DNA of 64,000 nucleotides from Candidatus Obscuribacteraceae bacterium. GTDB taxonomy: Bacteria > Cyanobacteriota > Vampirovibrionia > Obscuribacterales > Obscuribacteraceae. Below the pieces are notes generated by a model, which saw only the letters and a program-made list of their open reading frames with translations, was not told the origin of the DNA and searched no databases. Where the stretch lies: assembly GCA_044229845.1 (NCBI GenBank), contig JBGASG010000009.1:64001-128000 (forward strand), given 5' to 3'. Shown here piece after piece: positions 1-8,728 of the stretch. How positions within the stretch are numbered: position 1 is the first letter of the stretch; the number at the start of each line of letters is the position of its first letter. A program made the position numbers and the translations under genes.

Positions 1-1
1 C

Positions 2-2251
2 GCCCAAGAAAAGTGCATTGACGAGAGCGGCGTCTGTGTGTCGAGTCTCACCGCCTTCGCCTCGGATGAATTCGTTTGGAAGCACTTCGTTGAGTTTTGC
101 CTCTGCTTTGGCGAGCGTCTCGGCGACGTCGGCTTCGGTGACTTTGTAGGTGTTGCCGTCGTTTGCCTTGTATTCGACCGGACCATGTTCTTGAAGAAAC
201 TGTCGTTGCTCGCGCAGCGCGGCGACGACTGTGCCGAGCGAGGAGGCGTGTTCTCCTCGACGGTCTTCCCAGGCTCCCAGATCCCAGTCTTCCCACGCAT
301 GGATCTTTTTGAAGTACGTAGGCAGCAGAGCTGCATATGCTTCTGCATAAGGTTGAATGGCTGGATCATTCCATTTCAATTCGCCCTTATTGAGCTGATG
401 GAAAAGCATGAAGTCAACGAATGCCAGCGAATCATTTTGCGCATGTCCCCACGGATCGCCGACTTCGGCCAGCGAAATCGGGTTGTATCTAATGTTTGGT
501 CGTTTGCCCAGCTCCAGTCCGGTCACCTTGTCGTTGATGATGTCGGTGAAACGGAACTGATTGAGGAAATGGTGCTTCAGCGAAGCAGTCAAACCGGCTT
601 TGGCTGCATCCGGCGAAATTTCCAGGGACTTGCCTAGCACCGGATCATTTTTTGCGGCCCGTTCTGCCAGAGCCTGGAAAATGTTGTCGCGGTCCCATTG
701 GAAAATCAACAGACCGTCCACCGCTGATTGCAACGTCGGCTTGCTGTCGACCGTGACTGCCGAATGTCCGCCGCTGTCGTAGCGCACCAGGCGCAAAGTC
801 TTGTTGCCGGCCAGTGTTCGTGTAATGTTGTCGAGGCTGATTTCATCGTGTGCGGCCTTGTAATAAGGGCGCATGTCCTGATTTTGATATGCCGCGGTGC
901 CATCGGCGCCGACGTATTGCACGGGCGGACGATACTCTCCGCCGGTGGCAACGAAGTGTTGCCATTCATTGCTCCAGACATCGCCGTAGGTCAGATCGCC
1001 GGCTAGCTTTTGGGCGGGCAGGTCGCGCATAGCCGCTGCTGCATCGAAAGTTTCAAGTGCGCTTGTGCTGCCTGTTTCTCTCGACATTATATGATTGGCT
1101 TGCCGCACGCCAAGTTCTTGAGCCAGGCGCACGTTGTCGAAGACCTCGCGTGCTTCCGCAGTTTTGCCTTGCCTCAAAAGATCCGCCGCCAGTGAGTATT
1201 GCCCTTCTGCTGCGGTACCGGGCTTGCTCTGTGAATGTTGATAGAGCATGAGACCCAGATTTTCCTTAGGCATCGTTGCAGATATTTCTATGCGGCCGCT
1301 GCCCGGGACATATTGTGGAAGTTCTGCGCCAGGCTGAATGCGCACCCACGGATTCTGTTCGATCATCTTGCGGACATAAGGCGTGATCAATTCAGGATGT
1401 TCTTTTGCATAACTGGAGCGCAAGAACTGGTCGCCGTACATTCCTCTTCCGAGAGCGATATTGTTCTCGTTGACGACTCTCTCTAAACCGCGTTGAGTGC
1501 CGGGCAACACCAGATTGAGTGCGCCGCCTTGCATGGCGACTTGCCCGAGCATCTCAGTGTTGACCGAGCCTTTCGATATCAGTTCGGACGTGACAAATTG
1601 CGATGAAGCTCCGACTGCACCGATCGTCAGCATGCCCAGCCCTTTAGCCGGGATGCCCGGCAATCTCTTGATCAGAGGATTCATAGTTTCGAATACGGTG
1701 AATCCGGCTACACCACCCATGGCATTGCCGAAGCGCGTCTGCCCGGCGTCCGGTACGCGGAAAAAGTCGTATGTACCGGCACCGAGAATCATGGCTGTCT
1801 TCTGGCTCTTGAGCACGCTGGCCAGAGCACCTTCGGCGGCAAGCTTGCTGCCGGTGGCACGCAACAGCGATCCGGCGAATTTGCCCGATATCGCATACGG
1901 TACTATGCTGCCGAGACCGCCGAAAAATCCTTGCGTCAGTCCGGTACCGCTGGTTGGAGATGCCATCGGTACAGCCAGCTTGTCCGGCTCAGGAAGGATC
2001 TCGACTGTTGCCACCGTTTTGGTGACGGCATTTACTGAATGAGTGATCGCTCTCAGTGGATCGATCAGACCGGCGTTGATAGCCGGATTCAGCATGTTGT
2101 CTTGCGCCCAGTCGGCCACGCCGGGTTTTCTTTTCGGCACCGCCGGCACGTTGGCATACACGGATGCAGCTAACTCTTCCGGAGAAGAGTGCACGAAACC
2201 AGCTTCCGGCCCCCGCTGCTGCAGGCCGAAAAACGCGTTTTCGGATGACAT
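2..2251 (-). CDS. Large protein (partial, runs off window start): Gly/Ala-rich hydrophobic N-terminal region plus C-terminal GH15/phosphorylase-kinase-like domain
   Basis: Read manually: ATG at 2251 (in-frame TAG shortly upstream), open to position 2. It is not in the ORF track because it has no stop in the window. Translation MSSENAFFGLQQRGPE...WGHAQNDSLAF...WDLGAWEDRRGEHASSLGTVVAAL...TDAALVNAL matches GH15 motifs (WGxxQND, DxGxWE...HASS, DAAL). Confidence 0.75.
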   Translation of the reverse strand, partial: MSSENAFFGLQQRGPEAGFVHSSPEELAASVYANVPAVPKRKPGVADWAQDNMLNPAINAGLIDPLRAITHSVNAVTKTVATVEILPEPDKLAVPMASPTSGTGLTQGFFGGLGSIVPYAISGKFAGSLLRATGSKLAAEGALASVLKSQKTAMILGAGTYDFFRVPDAGQTRFGNAMGGVAGFTVFETMNPLIKRLPGIPAKGLGMLTIGAVGASSQFVTSELISKGSVNTEMLGQVAMQGGALNLVLPGTQRGLERVVNENNIALGRGMYGDQFLRSSYAKEHPELITPYVRKMIEQNPWVRIQPGAELPQYVPGSGRIEISATMPKENLGLMLYQHSQSKPGTAAEGQYSLAADLLRQGKTAEAREVFDNVRLAQELGVRQANHIMSRETGSTSALETFDAAAAMRDLPAQKLAGDLTYGDVWSNEWQHFVATGGEYRPPVQYVGADGTAAYQNQDMRPYYKAAHDEISLDNITRTLAGNKTLRLVRYDSGGHSAVTVDSKPTLQSAVDGLLIFQWDRDNIFQALAERAAKNDPVLGKSLEISPDAAKAGLTASLKHHFLNQFRFTDIINDKVTGLELGKRPNIRYNPISLAEVGDPWGHAQNDSLAFVDFMLFHQLNKGELKWNDPAIQPYAEAYAALLPTYFKKIHAWEDWDLGAWEDRRGEHASSLGTVVAALREQRQFLQEHGPVEYKANDGNTYKVTEADVAETLAKAEAKLNEVLPNEFIRGEGGETRHTDAALVNALFLG

Positions 2252-2474
2252 ATTTGTGAGTACCGCCTAACCCCTGACAAGATAGTATGATTTCGCTCTA
2301 AAAAAGCCATGGTGGTTTCCCCACTGAAAGCGGCACTTTCTGAAATGCATCAAATTGTGAAAGCCCGCTCATATTGGGCGTTTCAGACTTTGATTATGAG
2401 CGCCGTCTCATGTTGTCGGCGGCATCGAATGTGGTGTCACGTTCGATCTTTAATGGGGTGGGCGGCCAGAGAGC

Positions 2475-3413
2475 TCAGAGCAAATCGCCGTGCGGATCTT
2501 TCTTGATCACATAGCTCGATGTGAATCTGAGGTTCTGCTCGATGGGAAGTATTTGTCCGACCGTGGTCTGGATGGTGGCGCAGATATTGTCCAGCGGCAG
2601 ATCATCACCATCGTAGCCGAATGGATCTTCGATGTCTTCGGCGATCAGCTCGATGCCGATCAGGAAATATGCGCTGATCAAAATCACGGGCAGATACCAG
2701 AGCAGCGGAAAATCCGGTGCCATGTACCAGGGCATGGCGAGCAGGGTGAGAGCGATACCCTGGCGCATGAAGGCACGGTACGAAATGGCGATCGGGCTGT
2801 TTTTAATACGCTCGCAACTGCCGCAAATGTCCATCAAAGCGCGGGCGTGCGGATCGAGTTGCCAGAGCATCATGCCGTCGATGGCGTGTTTACGATGCCA
2901 CTGCAAAATGCGCTGGTAGAGAACGCCGGCTATGTAGAGCGGCAGGTGCTTACCTTCTACTTCTGAATCTTTCTGGTCGATGCCCGGCAGTGGCTCGGTG
3001 GGAGTGGTGCCGCGCAGATGGTGCTTGAGCGCGAAGGCAAACGAGATCAAAAGTTGCGCCACCAGTATTCTGTCTGCTTGAGAGATCGTGTCGATAGCGC
3101 TGACTTTGAGACTGAGGTTGCGCGAGTCATTGACCAGTTGTCCCCACAACTTGCGCCCTTCCCACCATCGTTCGTAAGCCGAGTTGGTGCGAAACACAAG
3201 CAGCAAGCCGAGGATAATCCCAACTGCGGACAGACTCTGTAAGTCTCGGAAGGAGGGGAAGTGATAGACGTCGGTTATGATGTCCGCGCCAACGGAATAC
3301 ACAGCGATTAGGAAGATGTAAATCCATACGCGCTTAAATACTGGAACTCTGTGCACCAGAACTATGGGACGCAGCCACTTGCGCAGTGCAGGGTCGCCGA
3401 CCTTCTTTGACAA
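2475..3413 (-). CDS. Bestrophin family (YneE-like) ion channel
   Basis: LLLVFRTNSAYERWWEGRKLWGQLVN, CERIKNSPI and IEDPFGYDGDDLPL motifs; TM segments. Confidence 0.9.
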   Translation of the reverse strand: MSKKVGDPALRKWLRPIVLVHRVPVFKRVWIYIFLIAVYSVGADIITDVYHFPSFRDLQSLSAVGIILGLLLVFRTNSAYERWWEGRKLWGQLVNDSRNLSLKVSAIDTISQADRILVAQLLISFAFALKHHLRGTTPTEPLPGIDQKDSEVEGKHLPLYIAGVLYQRILQWHRKHAIDGMMLWQLDPHARALMDICGSCERIKNSPIAISYRAFMRQGIALTLLAMPWYMAPDFPLLWYLPVILISAYFLIGIELIAEDIEDPFGYDGDDLPLDNICATIQTTVGQILPIEQNLRFTSSYVIKKDPHGDLL

Positions 3414-3464
3414 AACAAGTCTCCCGTCTTCGGATCCGAGTGAATATCTGACTTTCTTCCTCGA

Positions 3465-3941
3465 TTATGCCCGCCCGAAGCAATTCATTAAGATGCGACC
3501 GAATAAATTTGTCCCGACGAAGAATCTTCCCGACTCCGGCAGAATGCAGCAAAGTATGTGAAACCGTCGGGGACTGCCGTCAAAGTGGCGGTGCAGACGA
3601 AAAGCCAACAACTCAAGACGGGCGTTGTCAGACAGATGATGACCGTGGACTATCAGCCACGTGCCGAACTGAAAGCCATCCAGCGCCGGATTCTCGACGA
3701 TCAGCGGTGCTGCGTTCTGGGTGTAATGGGCAAATTGCAGATTGAATGTGCTGCCCAGGCTGGACGACAGATGGGGATAGCAACGGGACACGGTGTGGCA
3801 GCGTTTCGTCCAGAGTGAACCGGCTGCTACAGCCAGCGCCTCCTTGGAGAATCCGGGCGGCGGCCCTGAGAGCTTGAGCAGAGCTTGCAGGAGTTGCTCC
3901 TGTTCTGCTTCCATCGCATCTCTGATGTCTTTTGTCACCAT
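3465..3941 (-). CDS. DUF692-associated partner protein (SCO6045-like / putative RiPP recognition partner)
   Basis: Start overlaps the DUF692 stop (ATGGTGA). The pattern QxxLLxAL...PPGF...L..KR...V....P.L...LG..F...F..Y...DG..F is typical of MNIO partners. Confidence 0.65.
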   Translation of the reverse strand: MVTKDIRDAMEAEQEQLLQALLKLSGPPPGFSKEALAVAAGSLWTKRCHTVSRCYPHLSSSLGSTFNLQFAHYTQNAAPLIVENPALDGFQFGTWLIVHGHHLSDNARLELLAFRLHRHFDGSPRRFHILCCILPESGRFFVGTNLFGRILMNCFGRA

Positions 3942-4750
3942 ATCGCTGGTGCCCTCAAAGCCTGCCCAATCAAGTCGAGCTCGCTGCGCACCGATGCTAT
4001 CGACTGATAATTATCATCCTGCTCAAGGAGCACTGCCGGCAAGGTGATTCTTTGCGCCAGGTCGGATAGCACGGACAGCGGTCCTTGCTGCAATGGGTGC
4101 GCGTGCGTGTCGTGCTGGAACTTCCCGATTATGCAGCCCCCGGCAATGTGCACATACGCAATGGCAGAAAGAGGTATGGTGTCCAGATAATCAGTGTACG
4201 ACCAGCCGAGGTTGATATGGTTGGTGTACAGATTGGAGACATCCAGCAGAAGTCCGATGCTGGTTTCTTCAATGATTGTTTTGATAAACTGCGGTTCCGA
4301 GATCTCATGGTCCGGCCAGTCGAAAAAGGTGGCGATATTTTCCAGGCAGAGCGGCACCGGCAGGCGCTCCTGTGCATACCGGATGTTCTCGATCACCACC
4401 TCGAGGGTCTGCTGAGTGCGCTTGAAAGGCAGAAGATGCCCCGACTCCAGTCCCGCTGCTCGTGTGAATGCGAAGTGTTCGCTGACATAAGGTGCTTGCA
4501 ATTTCTCAGCAAGAGCGCCGAGGCGGTGGAGCTTTATGTCGTCGGGCTGGCGGGCGCCTCCTAAAGACAGTGACACCGCATGTGGAATCACCGGCACGCC
4601 GCTGTCGCGCAGATTCAGCAGAGCCGCGGGCAAGTGCCGGTGTTCCCAGAAATTCTCCGCCAGCACTTCGCTGATTGCGATCTCGTTTTCGCCTTGAGCA
4701 ATGAAGTGACTTAGTTCTGCGCGCCACGCAACTCCAACTTGAGTGTTCAT
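3935..4750 (-). CDS. DUF692 family multinuclear non-heme iron oxidase (MNIO)
   Basis: GVAWR, EVLAENF, HAVSLSLG, SEHFAF, LENI, LLLDVSNLY, YVHIAGG, DTHAHP and LLEQD motifs. True start is ATG 4750, 1 nt after the upstream stop. Confidence 0.9.
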   Translation of the reverse strand: MNTQVGVAWRAELSHFIAQGENEIAISEVLAENFWEHRHLPAALLNLRDSGVPVIPHAVSLSLGGARQPDDIKLHRLGALAEKLQAPYVSEHFAFTRAAGLESGHLLPFKRTQQTLEVVIENIRYAQERLPVPLCLENIATFFDWPDHEISEPQFIKTIIEETSIGLLLDVSNLYTNHINLGWSYTDYLDTIPLSAIAYVHIAGGCIIGKFQHDTHAHPLQQGPLSVLSDLAQRITLPAVLLEQDDNYQSIASVRSELDLIGQALRAPAIW

Positions 4751-4751
4751 A

Positions 4752-5645
4752 TCAGCTGCCTCCGCAGCCGCCGCAACCGCCACCGCATCCGCCACCACCG
4801 CAGCTGCCGCCGCCGCAACTGCCGCTTCCGCAACTGCCGCCTGACGAGGGTGGCGCGGTGGCTTTGCGCAAGTCATACAGCGGGCCCAAGCCGAAGGCGG
4901 TCGTTGAGAAAAGCGCTACTGCCAGGGCTGCCTGGTGGTTGGTGAGCAAATGCGAGTCGGCGGAAGCTGTATCAAGCAGCGCCGCTTCCTGTCTCTTTGT
5001 TCGGTTGAGGACGTCATCACCGCCGGCGGTGCGCAGCGGCTTGCGCAGCAAAAACAGAGCCGCCATGGTAGAAACAGCGATCATGCCCATGATCAAGAAT
5101 CCGACGGGCTTATGATGCTCGGTTCCAATCACCAATTTGGGAATGGACAGGATCACCGGCAGAGCAGCAATTGTTGCCGTGGCTAGGGCGATTTCAGCGG
5201 CTCTGCGTTCGGTGAATATCAAGTCGTGCTGTTCGAGCCGTTTGCGAATCAATTGCAGGGCAGCCAAGTGCCGTTCCTTGAGTCGACTCATCACAGAAGG
5301 TAAGTTATCTTCAGCCATGGACGGAATCGCGTTGAGAACGTCTCTGATTAGAGGCTCTCTCTCTGCTGTTTGCCCGGAGCGCACCTTGACGTACCTGCCG
5401 CCGGCGACGGTATCTATTCTGATCGCCTCCGACTGGATCAAGCTAGCTAGTGCCGCCAGCAGAGCAGTCTCGGTTCCACCCGACAGATAAGCCATTTCGT
5501 AGGGGCCCAACTTGGGCGGCGGTTGGGTACTCTTTATTGCTTCGATGTGGATGGTTCGATAGACGAACGCGCCGGCAATGGACAGAGCGCTGGCAATACC
5601 GTACAGACCAAGAAAACTCGGTCCGGTCAAATCATAGGGGGTCAT
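4752..5645 (-). CDS. TIGR04222-domain membrane protein with low-complexity Gly/Ser/Cys C-terminal tail
   Basis: N-term GPSFLGLY, PYEMAYLSGG, KPVGFL, RTAGG; tail SSGGSCGSGSCGGGSCGGGGCGGGCGGCGGS (6 Cys). Confidence 0.85.
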   Translation of the reverse strand: MTPYDLTGPSFLGLYGIASALSIAGAFVYRTIHIEAIKSTQPPPKLGPYEMAYLSGGTETALLAALASLIQSEAIRIDTVAGGRYVKVRSGQTAEREPLIRDVLNAIPSMAEDNLPSVMSRLKERHLAALQLIRKRLEQHDLIFTERRAAEIALATATIAALPVILSIPKLVIGTEHHKPVGFLIMGMIAVSTMAALFLLRKPLRTAGGDDVLNRTKRQEAALLDTASADSHLLTNHQAALAVALFSTTAFGLGPLYDLRKATAPPSSGGSCGSGSCGGGSCGGGGCGGGCGGCGGS

Positions 5646-5766
5646 CTTTCACCTCAGCGACACCGTCGCTGCTTCACTGCATTTCTTTTACGCTTCTATT
5701 GTCCGGCTCAGGTGGTTAAGAAGTTGCCAAGAGATCGTGAAGATTGGATGAAACCCGACTGCTCAG

Positions 5767-6561
5767 TCAGTCGTGGTATTCCATCTCCAGCTCTTGCATG
5801 ACCTTGAGGTCGTAGAAGAATGGACGCGAGGTGATGCGCATGTATCCCTTATAGGGATTGTTGAACAGCGCCACCAGAAGCAGGTTCAGTGACAGAGCCA
5901 GAGTGACCAGAGCGGTCATGAAGACCTGCGCCTTGGCATCTTCGACTTCGAACAAGTAAGTGAATAGAACGGTCAATGCGCCGCCGGCGATCAAGACTCC
6001 CCACATAACCGAGGGCAATCCTTGTTGGCTGACAATCAAGCGATACCGGCGCCCGTCAGCGAAGTCGTCCATTTCATCCAGAAGGTTTTGATAGGCATTC
6101 TGTTCGCGGCCGGTTTGTGGTTCGTACTGGGTGAGTGTCCACCAGATATCGCGAAACGGTCTCTTAGCGTTTTCATTGAATGCACCGGTTTTTAAAATCG
6201 ACGGCCATTCATCGTCGATCACCGTTCGCATGTAGGAGCGCAGCTGAGTATGGAGTCTTGTCCTCACGTCTCTTGGGGCTGTATAGGCCAGATGAAAGAG
6301 ATCGAGCGCGCTGTCTGCTTCCCTTTGCGTCATCGCTCTGGCTTCCTGATATTTTGACTGGGTGTCGACGACCACCAGTCCCAGCAGGACTGAGTAAAGA
6401 GTGCCGACGATGGAGAGCATGTAACCGGCTACTTCGTGGTGGCGTTTTAGCCGGCCGTCCTTCGAGAAGCGCCGAGCCAGCCAGACTCCGAGCGCGGAAA
6501 ATCCGACGGCTCCGCCGACAATACTTGCTCCGAAAATCCAGATGTCTATGTTGTTGTCCAT
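5767..6561 (-). CDS. DUF4239 / bestrophin-like membrane protein
   Basis: HHEVAG...VGTLYSVLLGLVVV, Y...VIDDEWP, RRYRL...LP..MW, NPYKG. Confidence 0.75.
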   Translation of the reverse strand: MDNNIDIWIFGASIVGGAVGFSALGVWLARRFSKDGRLKRHHEVAGYMLSIVGTLYSVLLGLVVVDTQSKYQEARAMTQREADSALDLFHLAYTAPRDVRTRLHTQLRSYMRTVIDDEWPSILKTGAFNENAKRPFRDIWWTLTQYEPQTGREQNAYQNLLDEMDDFADGRRYRLIVSQQGLPSVMWGVLIAGGALTVLFTYLFEVEDAKAQVFMTALVTLALSLNLLLVALFNNPYKGYMRITSRPFFYDLKVMQELEMEYHD

Positions 6562-7298
6562 TAATTCGTGTTGCCCGCATCAATGCTGTCGATCATCTTT
6601 TTGAAGACGGGCTGAAACTCTCGAGCCCAGCGATCCCAGGACGTAAACGCGATGCAGTACGCCTTTTTCTTGGTGACGAAGAGAACGATGTCCTGTTGGC
6701 ACCGGATTGACTGCGCCTTAGGTGGATTGATGTTGCCTTTGATGACCAGTTTCACACCCTTGAACGCTTTGAGTTGAATAGGTGAGCGCGACACCAGTTC
6801 AAAGTTGGTGAGGACTTTCTGAGTGGTTGCCACCACCGAATCAGCGCATACGTCGGCAGTGGTTGTTGGCGGCACAGGCTCGGTTGTAATCAGCGCATTG
6901 ACGGCACCGTTCAAAGTTCTGATGTCGAGGATTTTTCCCGCTGTCGTCACCGGCAGTGGTATCTTCTGCCAGGCGCTCGGATAGTTCATCGAGAAGTCTG
7001 CGTTGGAGAAGGTTGCATCAGTGACCGCGGTCGCAGCAACCTTATTGGCGGTGCCATCGAATTTTTGCGCGGCGACAGGTCCTGTCGGGTTGGCGGCACC
7101 CCCGCCTGTGGCGGTTGTGGTCGTGGGGGACGAATGTTGGCTGGCGTCGAGGAGCTCTTTACCGCCTTGCATGGTCATGCAGACGCCTTGCCATACACAA
7201 ACCAGCCCGATGATCAGAGCGAACACGACAAAACCCGCGCTGGACTTTGGCGGTTCGGAGTTGGGCTTGTTTTGCTGGTTCGGATTCGGATTTTGCAC
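6561..7298 (-). CDS. Membrane-anchored PsbP/DcrB-like protein
   Basis: Single N-terminal TM, Thr/Ala linker, FSMNYPSAW and C-terminal PVFKKMIDSI. Confidence 0.55.
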   Translation of the reverse strand: MQNPNPNQQNKPNSEPPKSSAGFVVFALIIGLVCVWQGVCMTMQGGKELLDASQHSSPTTTTATGGGAANPTGPVAAQKFDGTANKVAATAVTDATFSNADFSMNYPSAWQKIPLPVTTAGKILDIRTLNGAVNALITTEPVPPTTTADVCADSVVATTQKVLTNFELVSRSPIQLKAFKGVKLVIKGNINPPKAQSIRCQQDIVLFVTKKKAYCIAFTSWDRWAREFQPVFKKMIDSIDAGNTN

Positions 7299-7455
7299 GG
7301 TGAAGCCTCGCCGCTTGAGAACCGGGTGGGCTGATTAAATTTGCACGTCGCTGATTGTAACTGGTACGTGAGCCGCACACGCTGGTAGGCTTGGGTCTTC
7401 ATCAATGACGCGACAAATCGAAGTTTTTCGCGTGTGTCGGGGAATAGAGAAACTG

Positions 7456-8712
7456 ATGGCTCTGGAGTCGACGAATCGCACCATGACTAATTTTTCCAAC
7501 AAAACGAATGGCAGACCGGGAGACGGTCGTCAAGGGAATGATCCAATGTCTCCGCCAGATGATGAGCCGGGCAATGGCGTCAAAACTCGGGCGGATGTGC
7601 CGGACTCTAGCAAGCACGAAGCTGACCAACTCGACCCCGCCACCAGAGCGCAGGCTATGGCGGCCGCTGCTGCTGCTGAGATTGCCGTACAGGGCGCAGC
7701 CATCGCCGACAATAAGAAACAGAAGGGCGGCGACCGCAAAAGTGCGACCAGAGATCCTGGTGATGCCAGGCTCAGTGATGGTGCCAGGCTTGCCGACAAC
7801 AATCGCGCCATCGCTGATAGTGACGATTCGTCAGCCAACAAGAAAGTTTCGATCAAGCGCTCTCTGCATAAACTGACAGAGGGAGACCTGCACCTGCTCA
7901 ACAGTTCACGCGGGTTGAAGGAGATGCTGCGCGAGAGAAACATCAAAGTCAAAGATGTCCTCGATGCCCTCAGGTATGAAGATGAGCTGGTGCTGCTGCA
8001 AATCGAACTGGTGAAGTTGCAACGCTGGCTCCAGCAACAGAACAAGCGTGTGATCATCTTATTTGAGGGACGCGACGCGGCGGGCAAGGGTGGAACGATT
8101 CGTCGCTTTACCGAGCACCTCAATCCCCGTTCGTTGCGAGTGGTGGCATTGCCGAAACCGACAGAAGAAGAGAGAGGTCAATGGTACTTCCAGCGATACT
8201 CTAAACAGTTGCCCAATGCTGGTGAAATCGTCTTTTTCGACCGCAGCTGGTACAACCGGGCGGTGGTTGAGCCGGTGATGAATTTCTCTACCAAGGTGGA
8301 ATACGATCGCTTCATGCAACAGGTGCCCGAATACGAGCACATGTTATATGAGGATGGTATCACGATCATCAAATTCTGGTTCTCCATTTCCAAAGATGAG
8401 CAGCAGCGTCGCTTCGAATCGCGAGCGCAAAATCCTTTGAAGCAGTGGAAGCTGAGCCCGATTGACAAAGAGGCGCAGCAACTCTGGGACAGGTACACGC
8501 AATTCAAGGAACAGATGTTCAGTCGCACGCACACATCTTTTGCGCCATGGATCATCGTGCGCGCCAACAATAAAAAGCGCGCCCGGCTGGAAAGCATCCG
8601 CTACGTGCTCAGCCTTTTCGATTATGCCGAAAAGGACAAGGGTAAAGTCAATCTTTTCCCGGACCCGAACGTTGTAGAAAGATTCAATCGTAACATCATC
8701 AAGCTCGACTGA
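7456..8712 (+). CDS. ppk2: Polyphosphate kinase 2 with long low-complexity N-terminal extension (start uncertain)
   Basis: FEGRDAAGKGGTI, QWYFQRY, FDRSWYNR, WKLSPID. Confidence 0.92.
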   Translation: MALESTNRTMTNFSNKTNGRPGDGRQGNDPMSPPDDEPGNGVKTRADVPDSSKHEADQLDPATRAQAMAAAAAAEIAVQGAAIADNKKQKGGDRKSATRDPGDARLSDGARLADNNRAIADSDDSSANKKVSIKRSLHKLTEGDLHLLNSSRGLKEMLRERNIKVKDVLDALRYEDELVLLQIELVKLQRWLQQQNKRVIILFEGRDAAGKGGTIRRFTEHLNPRSLRVVALPKPTEEERGQWYFQRYSKQLPNAGEIVFFDRSWYNRAVVEPVMNFSTKVEYDRFMQQVPEYEHMLYEDGITIIKFWFSISKDEQQRRFESRAQNPLKQWKLSPIDKEAQQLWDRYTQFKEQMFSRTHTSFAPWIIVRANNKKRARLESIRYVLSLFDYAEKDKGKVNLFPDPNVVERFNRNIIKLD

Positions 8713-8728
8713 CGAATAACCCGCGCCG

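Noticed and set aside
38..2270. Plus-strand ORFs (38..637, 1497..2042 and others)
   Set aside because: Antisense shadows of the long minus-strand ORF 2..2251.
4751..4876. Ala-rich N-terminal extension of the DUF692 ORF in the track
   Set aside because: It is the alternate-frame reading of the upstream gene's Gly/Cys tail; the real start is 4750.
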